The notes: a model not told the origin generated them from the sequence alone. A stretch of DNA of 64,000 nt from Lewinella sp. (GCF_050633125.1 NZ_JBOEFX010000031.1:13717-77716), one strand, 5' to 3'; positions 26,834-37,655 are shown, counted from the stretch's first letter. A program made the numbers and translations.

Positions 26834-26913
26834 TATCTAATCGGCAATTTCGACAAGCAATATCGTAATAATGGAGATGTCCTAAAAGCTTTTATAGCCA
26901 GAAGAAGAATGCA

Positions 26914-26975
26914 TAAAAAAAGCTCACTGCCTTGGGAGTCGCTTATTCAGGAAAACAAGCATAAAGGCAGTGAGC
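26914..26975 (-). terminator. Intrinsic terminator of the S1 protease gene
   Basis: GCTCACTGCCTT..AAGGCAGTGAGC stem, followed by a T-run on the minus strand. Confidence 0.7.
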
Positions 26976-27020
26976 ATAAAACAGTAAACTGTTCTTTGGT
27001 ATTTTAATGCATATTAAAAA

Positions 27021-30000
27021 CTACTGCACCAGTATTCTTACTGTTTTTTGTGCAGCGCCACTTTTCAAACGGAGCAAATAAGCCCCCGCCGGCAAGTTGC
27101 TTAAATCCAGTTGCTGAACACCCCTACGAGCAGATAGACGCTCATTCCTCAACTGTTGTCCATGTACACTGAAGACCTCAACAAAGAGATCATTCGCAAG
27201 TTCACCAGTAAGAGAAATTTGTACAGGGCCAGTCGTTGGATTCGGCCAAACCTCAAGGCGTGTGCCCGCCAGTTCCAGTACCGCATTGCTCTCCATAACC
27301 GTGAAGATAAAGAATCCAGAGATTGATTCTCCACAATCATTGACCGCCGCAACTCGCCAATAGTATTGCCCCGGTGCTAAACCGGCGGTATAGCTTGTGC
27401 CGTTAACTGTTTCCGCTAAGACTACATCTGTGAAGGTATCATCCGTGGCAATTTCCAGCCGATAGCTATCTGCGCCATCTACTGCTGTCCAAGAAAAATC
27501 TACCGGATTATCTCCTGGCAGTTCCGCCGTATTTCCAGGTAGCAGTGGCACAGACAGCGCCGGTGCTGTTTCTACATTGATGGTCACCTGGCCAACATTA
27601 CTGTAGCCTTCACCCGTAATGGTTACCGAAAGTACGTAAGTCCCTGGAGTTATCCCAAGGAAGTTATCCCATACGAGGCTCAACTCTCGAGTATCTGTAG
27701 AAAAACTGGAGCTAAAACCGTTAAAATCGGTAGCAGGCATAGCACTGATAGTCACGGCATGCTCATCTCCAAGACCTTCACCAAGAGTAAATACTGCCGT
27801 TGTTTGATCCGTCAAACAGCTGTTCAGCATAGGCTGGCTAGCACTAATGGAGATATCCGGGCTGGTGGTGAAACTAAAAATTGGGCTGGGAGTTCCCGCA
27901 CCACAATCGTTATTACCTACGACTTGCCAATAGTAAGTGGTATTGTAGAGCAATACGCCGGGCTGAACCGTTGGATTAAGGGCTGGAAAGACCAGAATCG
28001 GGTTACTTAAATCAGCATTTGTGGATAAGGTCAACAGGTAGTCTGTTGCATCTACCAATGGTGTCCACTGTACCAGTGTCGCCAAGTTTATATCGGTGGC
28101 ACCGTCGGCGGGAGTGTTCAACACAGGGGCCCCTGGGGTGCTCAGTATTTCGAGTCCAACTATAGTTGTTGCCACCTCTACACCATCGGTACCTTGCAAT
28201 TCGATATTAAAGTTGCCACTGCTCGTAAGGTTGTTAAGGGTAACGTTTACAGTCCCTCCAGGCATCACAGGGTTCGTTTCAAAGTCAGCAGTTGCGCCTC
28301 CAGGCAAGTTACTTGCACTAAGCGTTACAGGGCCATCGAAACCTGAACCTACCGTAAGTTCAACCACTGCGAAACTGCCATTACAAGTACTTAGTTCATC
28401 CACTGAAGGAGTCAGTACAACATTCGCAGGGGCCAGTGTACAAATTTCCAGGTTCCACCCCAATAAGTCTCCACCGTCCGCATTCGCATTGTCAACGATG
28501 GTCAGTATCCAGAGGCCATTGGCTTCTTCTCCGGCAAAAGTACTGAAGGGTTCTGCTGGTTGAAAATCGCCCTCAATGGCTGTACCCTCAGTTTCACAGG
28601 TTCCTTGAAATTCTGCAGCCGTTGCTGTTGCGTCATCAGAAAAACTGGCAAATATCCCTTCTTGGTTACAACTAGGTCGATTGAATAAGTCGATAACCGT
28701 CCCGGAAGGTGAAGTTAGAGTCGCATTAAGGTCACCCATCCAAGTATGGTTACTACTAAGGTTGGTGAGGCTTACACTCTGGATTTCTCCCGTTTGATTG
28801 ACCATCAAAGCAGAGGTAGTGACTGTACCAAGGGCTGGACCAATAGTAATTCCTTTCGTAGAAGCGGTACTAATCGCACAATTGACCGCTATTGTGGTGA
28901 ATTGGAAAGCTTCTGACCACTCTCCTTCTCCACATAAATTGGCGTAACGTACGCGCCAGTAGTAATTCGTAAGAACGTCTAGTGTAGGGGTAAGAAAAGA
29001 GGCTTCGGTAAGGTTTGTTCCTGTGTCAATGATATTGGTAAAGTCTGGATCAGTAGCAATTTCTACATCGTAGTTCTCCGCCAGCGGCTCTGGCATCCAA
29101 GAAAGTAATAGATTCGGATACTGATCAATCGCCATATTTTCTGGAACAAGTAAAGTTGCCCCAACAGGCACACCATTGAAAACAGTAAGCATAATGTCTT
29201 CGCTAGTCTCACTCGTGCCATCGGTACCCTCTAAACTCACATTAAAATCACCGCCGGTCAGGTTGTTAAAAGTAACCGTGATAGTGCTACCAGGCATTGC
29301 GGGGTTCGTTTCAAAATCAGCTGTTGCTCCACTTGGCAGGTTAGTAGCGCTAAGTGTTACGGGGCCAGCGAAGCCGTTACCTAAAGTAAGCTCTATTACC
29401 ACAGAATCATCACAGGTACTCAGTTCGTTTACAGAAGGAATCAAAACAACTTCAGAAGGTATCTCCGTACAAACTTCCAGGCTCCATCCTAGCAAAGCAC
29501 CACCGTCTTGGTTCGCATAATCGGTAATTGTCAATGTCCATTCGCCGGTCGCTAATTCACCCGAAAAGGTGCTGAAAGGCTGAGCAGGCTGAAAATCGCC
29601 TTCAATGGCTATGGCTTCCTGGGAACAGGTATTTTCAAAATCATTCGACGTTGCCATAGCATCATCATAGAAACTGGCTAATATTCCTCCACGGTTACAC
29701 CCAGGGCGATTAAACACGTTAATAACTGTTCCTGTTGGTGAAGTGAGGGTCGCATCAAGGTCACCCATCCAGGTATGATCGCTACTAAGATTAATTAAGC
29801 TTACATCGACAATGAAACCAGGCTGGTTAATGGTCACGGTAGAAGTGGTAACCGCCCCTGCATTAGGGCCAATCGTAATTCCTTTGGTCGAAGCAGAGGA
29901 AGAGGTACAATTCAGGTCAAATGTGGTAAACTGAAACGGCACTGACCATTCACCGGCACCACAAAGATTATTCGAACGAACCCGCCAATAGTAAACCGTT

Positions 30001-31865
30001 AGAATATCCAGGCTTGGGGTCTGAAATGTAGTCTCCTCCAGGTTCATCCCTGTACCAATGACATCTGAGAAAGCTGGATCTGTAGCAATTTCTACATCGT
30101 AACTATCTACCATTGCTTGCGCAGACCAGGAAAGCGTCAGGCCTGCAAACTGGTCAACGGCCATATCTGCCGGGCTCAACAACGTTGCAGGGTCAGGAGC
30201 TGCTGTCAAAATATTGAGGCTTAGTTCTTGATTACTCTCATTGGTGCCATCTGTACCATTAAGCGTAAAGCTGTAATTCCCTTCGGCAAGGTTCTCCGTA
30301 CCCATAATTGTCATCTGGGTGCCTTCGCCTGGGTTTACAGTTGTTTGGTCAAATACAACCGTCAAACCTGTAGGGAGATTGACTAACGAAAGGGTCACCG
30401 GCCCCGAAAAGCCTTCATTGACGCTGATATCATAACTGGCAACGGATGGCGCACATAAGGTTTGCTGAACAGGGTCTGCACTTGCAAAAAAGCTACACTG
30501 CATTTGCGATCGTCCTGAAATTTGAAGTACACCGGTATTGTCTGGATCCAGCCAATCACGTAAGCGAGTGCTCGGGGTTCCCCCTCCTTCCCAGGAGAAA
30601 AACATCCAACCGTAGCTATCATAAGCATCATTATTACAGGAAGCATCGCCACCATGCAATTGGCCAATGACTTGTTTATTTGTATTAAAAATCGGTGAGC
30701 CGGAAGAACCGCCCTCTGTCGTACCGATATCCCAATCTTCGATAATCAGGTGGTTGCCCGCAGCATTAGGGGTATCTCCTGGATAAAACCCTGAATAAAC
30801 GCCATCAAACTCAAAACTGATCCGCTTTTCGTCGGTACTAGGGTGATGGATGCCAATGATCGTATCCGTTGCAATTACTTCGCGAGCATCCCAACCTGCA
30901 AACCAGGCATTGGCTGTTTCTGAAACAGGATCATCCAATTCCACCAAAGTCATATCTGATGGGCCATAAGCTGCGCGAAAGATGGAACCTGAATTAAAAT
31001 CTGCCAAAGAGCCGTTTCCTACTCCTCCGCTGGCTCCTGTTCCGGGTTGGCGACAAACACTGTTGATATAATTCCAGTAAACCACCAAACTTGGTGCATT
31101 GCCATTATTGACACCACAGTGGTTGGCCGTCATAAAAAAGGGCGTACAATCTTGGCTCGCATTATTGACAAGAAAACCCGTACAAAATGTGTTTCCATTA
31201 AAGCCCATAACAGCTACCGATTGGATAATATCACGGTACTGATCTACAATCCCCCAACCATCAGCAGCACCACAAACGACATCCAGGTTACAAGAACCAG
31301 AGAGTACACTGGAAGCAATATCACCAAAGCCCAAAAAGTCGTGGTTTACCGATTTCAAATGAAGGCGTAGTTCACTTTGGCGAGCTACTGGCAGGCTTAC
31401 CTCGATGACCAGTTCATCGCCAGGAATAACCGGCGTCCATAATTCTTCGTGTTCTTCATTATCGGCTGGCGTGAAAGGCCCTTGTACGAGCGCACCATCC
31501 GGGGTATACAACATCAGCTGCCCGCCTTGAGGCATACGAAATTGGTCGAAACCAAAATTAATTGACTTAGCTCCTGGCGAAGGTACACGTAGCCGCCAGA
31601 CAGCAGTGCCTTTATTGATTTCCCAAGTACCATGAGTATTTGGAGAAACGTCCACCTCCATGGTCTCGGCAAAGCGCGGTGCCACACCAGGGCCACGACG
31701 AACCTCTTCCGCTTGTAGTAATTCTTCGTTATCCAGTGCTGGTAGTTTTAATTGTTCTACCTGACTGAGTGGTGTTGTAGTTGCTGCTATATTCTGTGCG
31801 GCGAGGCCATTAAGCGTTAGGCATACCGTCATTAGCAACAAAAGCATTGTCGTAAGCTTTTGCAT
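27021..31865 (-). CDS. Giant secreted S1 (lysyl-endopeptidase-like) serine protease with repeated Ig-like/FN3-like/P-domain cassettes and a T9SS sorting tail
   Basis: His context FFMTANHC and Ser context TEGGSSGSPIF. Two P-domains (HTWMGDL(D/N)ATLTSP..GW(S/N)LE(V/I)C). Tail VWPNPTTGPVQISL..GAYLLRLKSG..RILVQ. The ATG at 31865 gives the signal peptide MQKLTTMLLLLMTV. Confidence 0.8.
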   Translation of the reverse strand: MQKLTTMLLLLMTVCLTLNGLAAQNIAATTTPLSQVEQLKLPALDNEELLQAEEVRRGPGVAPRFAETMEVDVSPNTHGTWEINKGTAVWRLRVPSPGAKSINFGFDQFRMPQGGQLMLYTPDGALVQGPFTPADNEEHEELWTPVIPGDELVIEVSLPVARQSELRLHLKSVNHDFLGFGDIASSVLSGSCNLDVVCGAADGWGIVDQYRDIIQSVAVMGFNGNTFCTGFLVNNASQDCTPFFMTANHCGVNNGNAPSLVVYWNYINSVCRQPGTGASGGVGNGSLADFNSGSIFRAAYGPSDMTLVELDDPVSETANAWFAGWDAREVIATDTIIGIHHPSTDEKRISFEFDGVYSGFYPGDTPNAAGNHLIIEDWDIGTTEGGSSGSPIFNTNKQVIGQLHGGDASCNNDAYDSYGWMFFSWEGGGTPSTRLRDWLDPDNTGVLQISGRSQMQCSFFASADPVQQTLCAPSVASYDISVNEGFSGPVTLSLVNLPTGLTVVFDQTTVNPGEGTQMTIMGTENLAEGNYSFTLNGTDGTNESNQELSLNILTAAPDPATLLSPADMAVDQFAGLTLSWSAQAMVDSYDVEIATDPAFSDVIGTGMNLEETTFQTPSLDILTVYYWRVRSNNLCGAGEWSVPFQFTTFDLNCTSSSASTKGITIGPNAGAVTTSTVTINQPGFIVDVSLINLSSDHTWMGDLDATLTSPTGTVINVFNRPGCNRGGILASFYDDAMATSNDFENTCSQEAIAIEGDFQPAQPFSTFSGELATGEWTLTITDYANQDGGALLGWSLEVCTEIPSEVVLIPSVNELSTCDDSVVIELTLGNGFAGPVTLSATNLPSGATADFETNPAMPGSTITVTFNNLTGGDFNVSLEGTDGTSETSEDIMLTVFNGVPVGATLLVPENMAIDQYPNLLLSWMPEPLAENYDVEIATDPDFTNIIDTGTNLTEASFLTPTLDVLTNYYWRVRYANLCGEGEWSEAFQFTTIAVNCAISTASTKGITIGPALGTVTTSALMVNQTGEIQSVSLTNLSSNHTWMGDLNATLTSPSGTVIDLFNRPSCNQEGIFASFSDDATATAAEFQGTCETEGTAIEGDFQPAEPFSTFAGEEANGLWILTIVDNANADGGDLLGWNLEICTLAPANVVLTPSVDELSTCNGSFAVVELTVGSGFDGPVTLSASNLPGGATADFETNPVMPGGTVNVTLNNLTSSGNFNIELQGTDGVEVATTIVGLEILSTPGAPVLNTPADGATDINLATLVQWTPLVDATDYLLTLSTNADLSNPILVFPALNPTVQPGVLLYNTTYYWQVVGNNDCGAGTPSPIFSFTTSPDISISASQPMLNSCLTDQTTAVFTLGEGLGDEHAVTISAMPATDFNGFSSSFSTDTRELSLVWDNFLGITPGTYVLSVTITGEGYSNVGQVTINVETAPALSVPLLPGNTAELPGDNPVDFSWTAVDGADSYRLEIATDDTFTDVVLAETVNGTSYTAGLAPGQYYWRVAAVNDCGESISGFFIFTVMESNAVLELAGTRLEVWPNPTTGPVQISLTGELANDLFVEVFSVHGQQLRNERLSARRGVQQLDLSNLPAGAYLLRLKSGAAQKTVRILVQ

Positions 31866-32028
31866 ATCCCTGATGTTGTTTGATATTGTCAATATATTTT
31901 GAGCTATTCCCTATCACCCAAAATTAATGGAATTGTGCAGATACCCCCAATAACACTGAATGTTTTAGCACCGTTGCAACAAAGAAACTAGCCTGTTATT
32001 GTGGTGACACTTATTCGCTCACTCAATC

Positions 32029-32078
32029 AAAATGATTACCTGTCATTTTTGTACCTGAAGTCAATCGAAAATTTTCAC
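32029..32078. repeat. Half copy (left arm) of the 2934/25238 palindromic element
   Basis: AAAATGATTACCTGTCATTTTTGTACCTGAAGTCAATCGAAAA matches AAAATGATTCTCTGGCATTTTTTGTGTCTAGAGTCAATCGAAAA. It abuts the stop at 32075-32077. Confidence 0.6.
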
Positions 32079-33247
32079 TTTAAATATTCATACAAAAACT
32101 CGTGAAGCTCCCTCTCTGAACTGTCAGACCGGTATAAAATCTCGCCCGTAGCAGGTGCAATAAAAACATAGGTAGGGTACCTGTCCACCTCTAAATATCG
32201 AATCAGGGTATTGGTGTCGTCCAATTTTTCAACGGCGGAGATTCCTGGAATTTCTCGCTCGGCGATATAGGCCATGATTTCTGCGTCTGACTCGCGATGT
32301 TGTGCTGTTACGCTGATCATGTCCATCCCGTTTCGCTGTAATAGTGGATAAACACGCTGAAGTTTTGGAATTTCTGCTTGACAAGCACCACACCACTTTG
32401 CGCCAAAGTAGATCAGATAAGGAATCGTTCGGTCTATTCCGAGGCTATCCCAATTGATGCTGGTATTATCTGCTGCCACCCATTCTTGAAAAAAGGTACC
32501 AGCTTTGTAACCGTAAAGCGGCTCATCCTTAGCCAATTCTTCCACTTGAATTGTTTTTTGGCAATAATCAAAGGCTGAAAACTTGAATTTACGGCCACCT
32601 AAGACAAATACTTCGTGCTCTTTATAATAGTGATTTTCAGAACTAAGCAACTTAAAATCGCCTTCGCCACCAACTTTGATTTTCACCTCCGGCAAGAAAG
32701 GCCAGACCGTTACATCATAGCTAGCATCCTCTACTTGAAAGGAAGTGGTATACAACTGATACGGACTAAAATAGATGTTTCCTCCATCAAACTTGATCTT
32801 TACCGGAAGGTTAATAATAGCGGCGTCTTCCGCAAGACTTCCAAAAGGATAAAATTGTAATTCCAAAGGGTCAAGAAGAGGCAAACGATAAATATCGTAT
32901 CGCTCAAAAACAGCATCTCCATCCTTATCCACTATAAGGTAATCATCGCCTGCGTGACGCAATTGTGCATAATAAACCGGGTGGCAAACCATCCCTTCCG
33001 CAATTTCACCACGCAAAAGGTTGTGAATTTCTAAGCTATGAATATTCGTAATACGTCCAGAAGAAAATGTATCCAGGTTGAATTCAAAATCCGTGATATC
33101 CAAATTGGACCTTGAACCAGAATAGGTTAGAGAGCCTTTGAATAGGAGTGTATCTTGTAAGGTTAATATCGTTTGACTATTGGCCACCAAAGAGGCGAAT
33201 AGGAATATTCCAAAGCATATTCCGGCTTTTAATTGTAGAGAAAGCAT
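32075..33247 (-). CDS. Secreted protein with C-terminal TlpA/ResA-like thioredoxin domain
   Basis: CxxC context YFGAKWCGACQAEIPKL. The N-terminal ~270 aa are of unknown family. Signal-like N-terminus. Confidence 0.7.
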   Translation of the reverse strand: MLSLQLKAGICFGIFLFASLVANSQTILTLQDTLLFKGSLTYSGSRSNLDITDFEFNLDTFSSGRITNIHSLEIHNLLRGEIAEGMVCHPVYYAQLRHAGDDYLIVDKDGDAVFERYDIYRLPLLDPLELQFYPFGSLAEDAAIINLPVKIKFDGGNIYFSPYQLYTTSFQVEDASYDVTVWPFLPEVKIKVGGEGDFKLLSSENHYYKEHEVFVLGGRKFKFSAFDYCQKTIQVEELAKDEPLYGYKAGTFFQEWVAADNTSINWDSLGIDRTIPYLIYFGAKWCGACQAEIPKLQRVYPLLQRNGMDMISVTAQHRESDAEIMAYIAEREIPGISAVEKLDDTNTLIRYLEVDRYPTYVFIAPATGEILYRSDSSERELHEFLYEYLK

Positions 33248-33760
33248 AGCGGTCTGGACTTGTTTCAGAAGAAAATTTAGGTCTTACCTATACCAGATAT
33301 AATGCATATTTTAGTTTTAGTAACACTCCTTCTGCAAAATACCGCCAAAAAAGAGCTGCCATACGCTGGCTTTATTGCCCTACAGAGTAGGGTCCTTAAC
33401 ACGATGAGGAGGTCACAAAAAATGTTCACCAGAAGGCTTTTCTAGCAAAAAAACAACTAAGATGATCGAAAAACAATCAAAATCAGATATAAAAAATCAT
33501 AATAAACACCGCATTCAATTACAAGTTAATTAACTAATAACCAGGTGGATACAACTAAACAGTTGCTTTTACTAAAAAAATGAGGCACAACACTAATACA
33601 AAATACCATCTGGAATTTCGCTAATTACTCCCTTATCTTTGAGTTGTTATTAAGGATAAGGAAATCACATTCACATGAAAACAGGATCATAGCATCCTGA
33701 AAAATTACACGGTTTTTTTAGATTCTCCGTGAAGACGGAGTATCTGAGTTTTAGGGTACC

Positions 33761-33797
33761 AAAACCGAACACTTCCCCTTAGTGTTCGGTTTTTTTT
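33761..33797 (+). terminator. Strong hairpin plus T8 with no upstream plus-strand ORF (orphan or bidirectional terminator)
   Basis: AAAACCGAACACT-tcccctt-AGTGTTCGGTTTT followed by TTTT. Confidence 0.5.
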
Positions 33798-33826
33798 ATT
33801 CTGCCTTCTAATAGAACCCCAACTTC

Positions 33827-33861
33827 AAAAAAAAACCTCTGTACTTAGCTAAGTACGGAGG
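33827..33861 (-). terminator. clpX intrinsic terminator
   Basis: CCTCTGTACTTAG/CTAAGTACGGAGG stem, followed by T9 on the minus strand. Confidence 0.8.
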
Positions 33862-33929
33862 TTTTCCTTTTATCGCAAGTGGTTATTCTACACCTACAAA
33901 CTATATCAATTTTAGACCTTCTATTTCTA

Positions 33930-35198
33930 TTAAGCGGCTTTCAACCTACTCAATTTTGATCTACCCAACTTCTCATCTGCATAAGCTGCAGTAATTTCGA
34001 AAGTCGTGATTTCCTTCTGCCCTGGTAGCTCAAACATGGCATCGGTCATGATGGCTTCGCAAATAGACCGCAAGCCACGGGCACCAAGCTTAAATTCCAG
34101 TGCTTTTTCAGCAATCAGATGAATTGCATCTTCGGTGAAGGAGAGTTCAATACCTTCTAATTCGAACAATTTCTTATACTGACGTAGTAGGGAGTTTTTC
34201 GGTTCTGTTAGAATCCGAACCAAAGACTCCTGATCTAGTGGGTCGAGGTAAGTTAGTACCGGCAAACGGCCTAATAATTCGGGAATCAATCCAAAAGACT
34301 TTAAGTCTTGATGATTGACATAGCTCAACATATTTTCCCGATCTATCTTTTCTTTTGTCTCACCTCGGTAGCCAATTACCTGGGTATTTAAGCGACGGCT
34401 GATAACTTTTTCAATGCCATCAAAGGCTCCACCACATACAAAGAGAATATTACTGGTATTGATTTTCACCAGCTTCTGCTCAGGGTGCTTACGGCCTCCT
34501 TGCGGTGGAACATTCACATCGGTACCTTCCAGCATCTTCAACAAAGCCTGCTGAACGCCTTCTCCTGATACATCACGAGTGATACTAGGGTTGTCAGACT
34601 TGCGAGCAACCTTGTCTATCTCATCAATGTATACAATACCACGCTCTGCGGCAGAAACATCATAATCACACACCTGCAACAAGCGACTAAGAATACTTTC
34701 TACATCTTCGCCTACGTAGCCTGCTTCGGTAAATACCGTTGCATCAACAATAGCAAAAGGAACATTTAGCAAACGAGCAATCGTCTTTGCTAACAAGGTC
34801 TTACCTGTGCCAGTACGCCCCACGAAAACAATATTGCTTTTTTCAATTTCAACCTCATCTTCCGCTACGGGCTGGGCCAAGCGTTTGTAGTGATTGTATA
34901 CCGCTACTGATAGTACTTTCTTAGCATCATCCTGGCCAATGATATATTCATCGAGGCGTTGCTTAATTTCCTGTGGTTTATAATTGATCTTACTGCTAAA
35001 AGCTGGCGCTTCACCTGGTTTGCCTTCCGTAGGGCCATTAGGGTTCGCACCGCCATATAGCTCTTCTTGAACAATCTCACCAGCCTGCTCTACACAAACT
35101 TCACAAATATGTCCTTCAATACCGGCGATCAGGATCATCGCTTCCGACTTATCCCGGCCACAAAAGGAGCAACGGTAATTTTGTTTGGTACGACGCAT
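33930..35198 (-). CDS. clpX: ATP-dependent Clp protease ATP-binding subunit ClpX
   Basis: Zinc-finger CSFCGR..CEVC, Walker A GRTGTGKT, and the pore-loop region. Confidence 0.97.
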   Translation of the reverse strand: MRRTKQNYRCSFCGRDKSEAMILIAGIEGHICEVCVEQAGEIVQEELYGGANPNGPTEGKPGEAPAFSSKINYKPQEIKQRLDEYIIGQDDAKKVLSVAVYNHYKRLAQPVAEDEVEIEKSNIVFVGRTGTGKTLLAKTIARLLNVPFAIVDATVFTEAGYVGEDVESILSRLLQVCDYDVSAAERGIVYIDEIDKVARKSDNPSITRDVSGEGVQQALLKMLEGTDVNVPPQGGRKHPEQKLVKINTSNILFVCGGAFDGIEKVISRRLNTQVIGYRGETKEKIDRENMLSYVNHQDLKSFGLIPELLGRLPVLTYLDPLDQESLVRILTEPKNSLLRQYKKLFELEGIELSFTEDAIHLIAEKALEFKLGARGLRSICEAIMTDAMFELPGQKEITTFEITAAYADEKLGRSKLSRLKAA

Positions 35199-35225
35199 AA
35201 CTATATTTTGATACTGTTCTTTTTA

Positions 35226-35281
35226 CAAAAAAAGAACCCACATTAGGTAGTTCTATAAAGATACTCATAATGTGGGTTCTT
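35226..35281 (-). terminator. Hairpin plus T-run between clpP and clpX
   Basis: AAGAACCCACATTA..TAATGTGGGTTCTT stem (14 bp), followed by TTTTTT on the minus strand. Confidence 0.7.
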
Positions 35282-35296
35282 GTCCAGCCTTTGGGG

Positions 35297-36016
35297 TTAT
35301 TTCTCCTCTGCGGCTTCGCGTGAGCTGTTGCGGTCTAGTACTTCATCTACCAAGCCGTAAGCTTTGGCTTCACCGGCAACCATCCAGTTATCACGATCAC
35401 AATCTTTCTCGATAGTATCGTAATCCTGTCCGGTATGGTGAGCAAGGATATCATAAAGCTCTTTCTGCATCTGCTTGATGAGCTTGTAGCTGATTTCCAT
35501 GTCAGAAACCTGTCCCTGCATACCACCTAGTGGCTGGTGAATCATCACCCGGCTGTGTGCCAAACAAGTACGCTTACCTTTCGTACCAGCAGCAAGTAAT
35601 ACTGCCCCCATAGAAGCAGCCAAGCCAGTACAGATGGTGCCTACGTCTGGTGCTACGTACTGCATAGTATCGTAAATGCCCAAACCAGAAATTACCGAGC
35701 CACCAGGGCTATTGATGAACATCTGCACATCGCGCTTGGGGTCAGTAGACTCCAGGAAAAGCAACTGTGCCTGGATAACATTGGCGACGTAATCGTTTAC
35801 AGGTACTCCCATAAAGATAATACGATCCATCATCAGGCGGCTAAATACGTCCAGACCTACGATATTCATCTGGCGTTCCTCAATAACATTAGGGGTAAAC
35901 CCTTGAATATTAGGAGCCATAACCGGGCCTGACTTCTCAGCATATTTTTCCAGATGCATGCTACTCATACCCAAGTGTTGGGTAGCATACTTCATGAATT
36001 CATTCTTATGAAACAT
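35297..36016 (-). CDS. clpP: ATP-dependent Clp protease proteolytic subunit
   Basis: The catalytic Ser context (GLAASMGAVLL) and His context (RVMIHQPLGG) are typical of ClpP. Confidence 0.97.
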   Translation of the reverse strand: MFHKNEFMKYATQHLGMSSMHLEKYAEKSGPVMAPNIQGFTPNVIEERQMNIVGLDVFSRLMMDRIIFMGVPVNDYVANVIQAQLLFLESTDPKRDVQMFINSPGGSVISGLGIYDTMQYVAPDVGTICTGLAASMGAVLLAAGTKGKRTCLAHSRVMIHQPLGGMQGQVSDMEISYKLIKQMQKELYDILAHHTGQDYDTIEKDCDRDNWMVAGEAKAYGLVDEVLDRNSSREAAEEK

Positions 36017-36074
36017 GTAGGTTAATTTTGATTACTTCATATTAACAACAAGCAGCCCGGGAGGTTGACTTGGC

Positions 36075-37493
36075 TTATTCTTCTTCTTCAAGAAGGAGGT
36101 TCTGCGCCTCATTTTCCGCCTGAATTTTTGCTACAATTTCTTGTAATTCTTCAGGAGTAATCACCTTGTCGGTCAAGGTGAATTCTTCTTGCAAGCGGAT
36201 GCTGAGCTTATCGTTCATCAGTTCATCGAACTTCTCGCGAACGCTTTTCTCTTCGTTCATCATCCGATCAACCATGCCGCTAATCATCTCTTCGTTCAAC
36301 CACTCGGGGCGCTGGCCACCGAAATAGCCCATGACTTGCTTGGCAAAGCTTTCTTTTACTTCCTCTGCGGTTACATCCAGTTCTAGCTGTTTGATCAGTT
36401 TCTCCCGAAGCAGGGTCCATTGTAGTCCTTTCAGGAAGCCATCGAAACCTGCTTCAACGTTTTCTTCCGTATTCTTTTCGTTAGAAGTTACCAACCAACG
36501 CTTGAGGAATGTTTCTGGAAATTCCAATGGGTTCTTTTCCATCAAAAGTTCCTGCACATTACGGAACAGCAATGCATTGGTCTGTCCCTCAAAATGCCCG
36601 CGATAATCTTCTTGAATTTTTGCGAGTGCTTCCTTTTCGTTGCTCACATCACCCTCACCAAAAGCTTGCTTGTAGAAATCTTCATCCAACGCTGCAAGCG
36701 TGTGGCGGCTGATCTTGTCGATCGTCAAAGAAAACGCCTCCGAAACTTCACGATCGTCATCTTCAGCTAAGCCCAGGAGGTACTTGCGTACATGGTCTAC
36801 CGTAGTATTCGCTTCGAGGTTAAATACATCAAGCACCGCACTGTCGCCAATTTTCTTTCCAAGGAAAGCTTCTTTAGCATCATCGGTTATATTCTCAATG
36901 AAGAGGGTAAATTCCTTATCTATACCACCTTCTTTAGGCTTCTCCCCATCTAGTTCTACTGCCTTGAGGGTAATGATATCACGCTCAGCTACTGCGTCTT
37001 CTACTTCTTCAGACACGCCAAAACGACGGCGAAGGTTTAATAACTCTTCGTCTAGTTTATCAGCGGCAGGCTCTACAACAAGTTTCTCCAGCGTTTCCTC
37101 GTTACCAAGTCCCTGCAATTCAAATTGCGGAGCCAATCCAAGGTCAAACTTGAAAACGTAGTCATCAAGGTTTGACACGCTGAATTCAAACTCTTCTTGG
37201 TCTTTAGAAGGAATCGGTTGTCCTAAGAAATCGATTTCAGCCTCCTCGTCATAAAGAAACTTAGACATTTCCTCCTGCAACTCCTTATTGACAACTTCTG
37301 CCAGAATGCTGCGACCAAACATCTTCCGTACAACCGACATCGGGATATTTCCTTTGCGGAATCCCTTTAGCGAAGCCTGTTTGCGGTAACGCTTAAGCTC
37401 TTTCTGAAAATCAGCTAAATAATCTTCCTTTGCAACGGTCACCGTGAGGGCAACGTTCAAAGCATCGATATCCTCTCGTGCAATAGTAGCCAT
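36075..37493 (-). CDS. tig: Trigger factor
   Basis: N-terminal ribosome-binding motif GFRKGNIPMSVV. The protein is acidic, 472 aa, and sits upstream of clpP-clpX. Confidence 0.95.
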   Translation of the reverse strand: MATIAREDIDALNVALTVTVAKEDYLADFQKELKRYRKQASLKGFRKGNIPMSVVRKMFGRSILAEVVNKELQEEMSKFLYDEEAEIDFLGQPIPSKDQEEFEFSVSNLDDYVFKFDLGLAPQFELQGLGNEETLEKLVVEPAADKLDEELLNLRRRFGVSEEVEDAVAERDIITLKAVELDGEKPKEGGIDKEFTLFIENITDDAKEAFLGKKIGDSAVLDVFNLEANTTVDHVRKYLLGLAEDDDREVSEAFSLTIDKISRHTLAALDEDFYKQAFGEGDVSNEKEALAKIQEDYRGHFEGQTNALLFRNVQELLMEKNPLEFPETFLKRWLVTSNEKNTEENVEAGFDGFLKGLQWTLLREKLIKQLELDVTAEEVKESFAKQVMGYFGGQRPEWLNEEMISGMVDRMMNEEKSVREKFDELMNDKLSIRLQEEFTLTDKVITPEELQEIVAKIQAENEAQNLLLEEEE

Positions 37494-37618
37494 AGAATAT
37501 TAGAAAAATATGTTTTGCAAAAATTTGATCGTTCGTTACTGACCAACAACTTAAATAGACCTACAGTTGTGTCAACGATCGTTATTCATTGTGCCCCGTA
37601 CCTTTGATGAGTACCGGA

Positions 37619-37655
37619 CAAAAAAAGGATGGCAGCGAACACTCACTCCATCCTT
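37619..37655 (-). terminator. Terminator downstream of tRNA-Leu
   Basis: AAGGATGG..CCATCCTT stem, followed by T7 on the minus strand. Confidence 0.65.
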
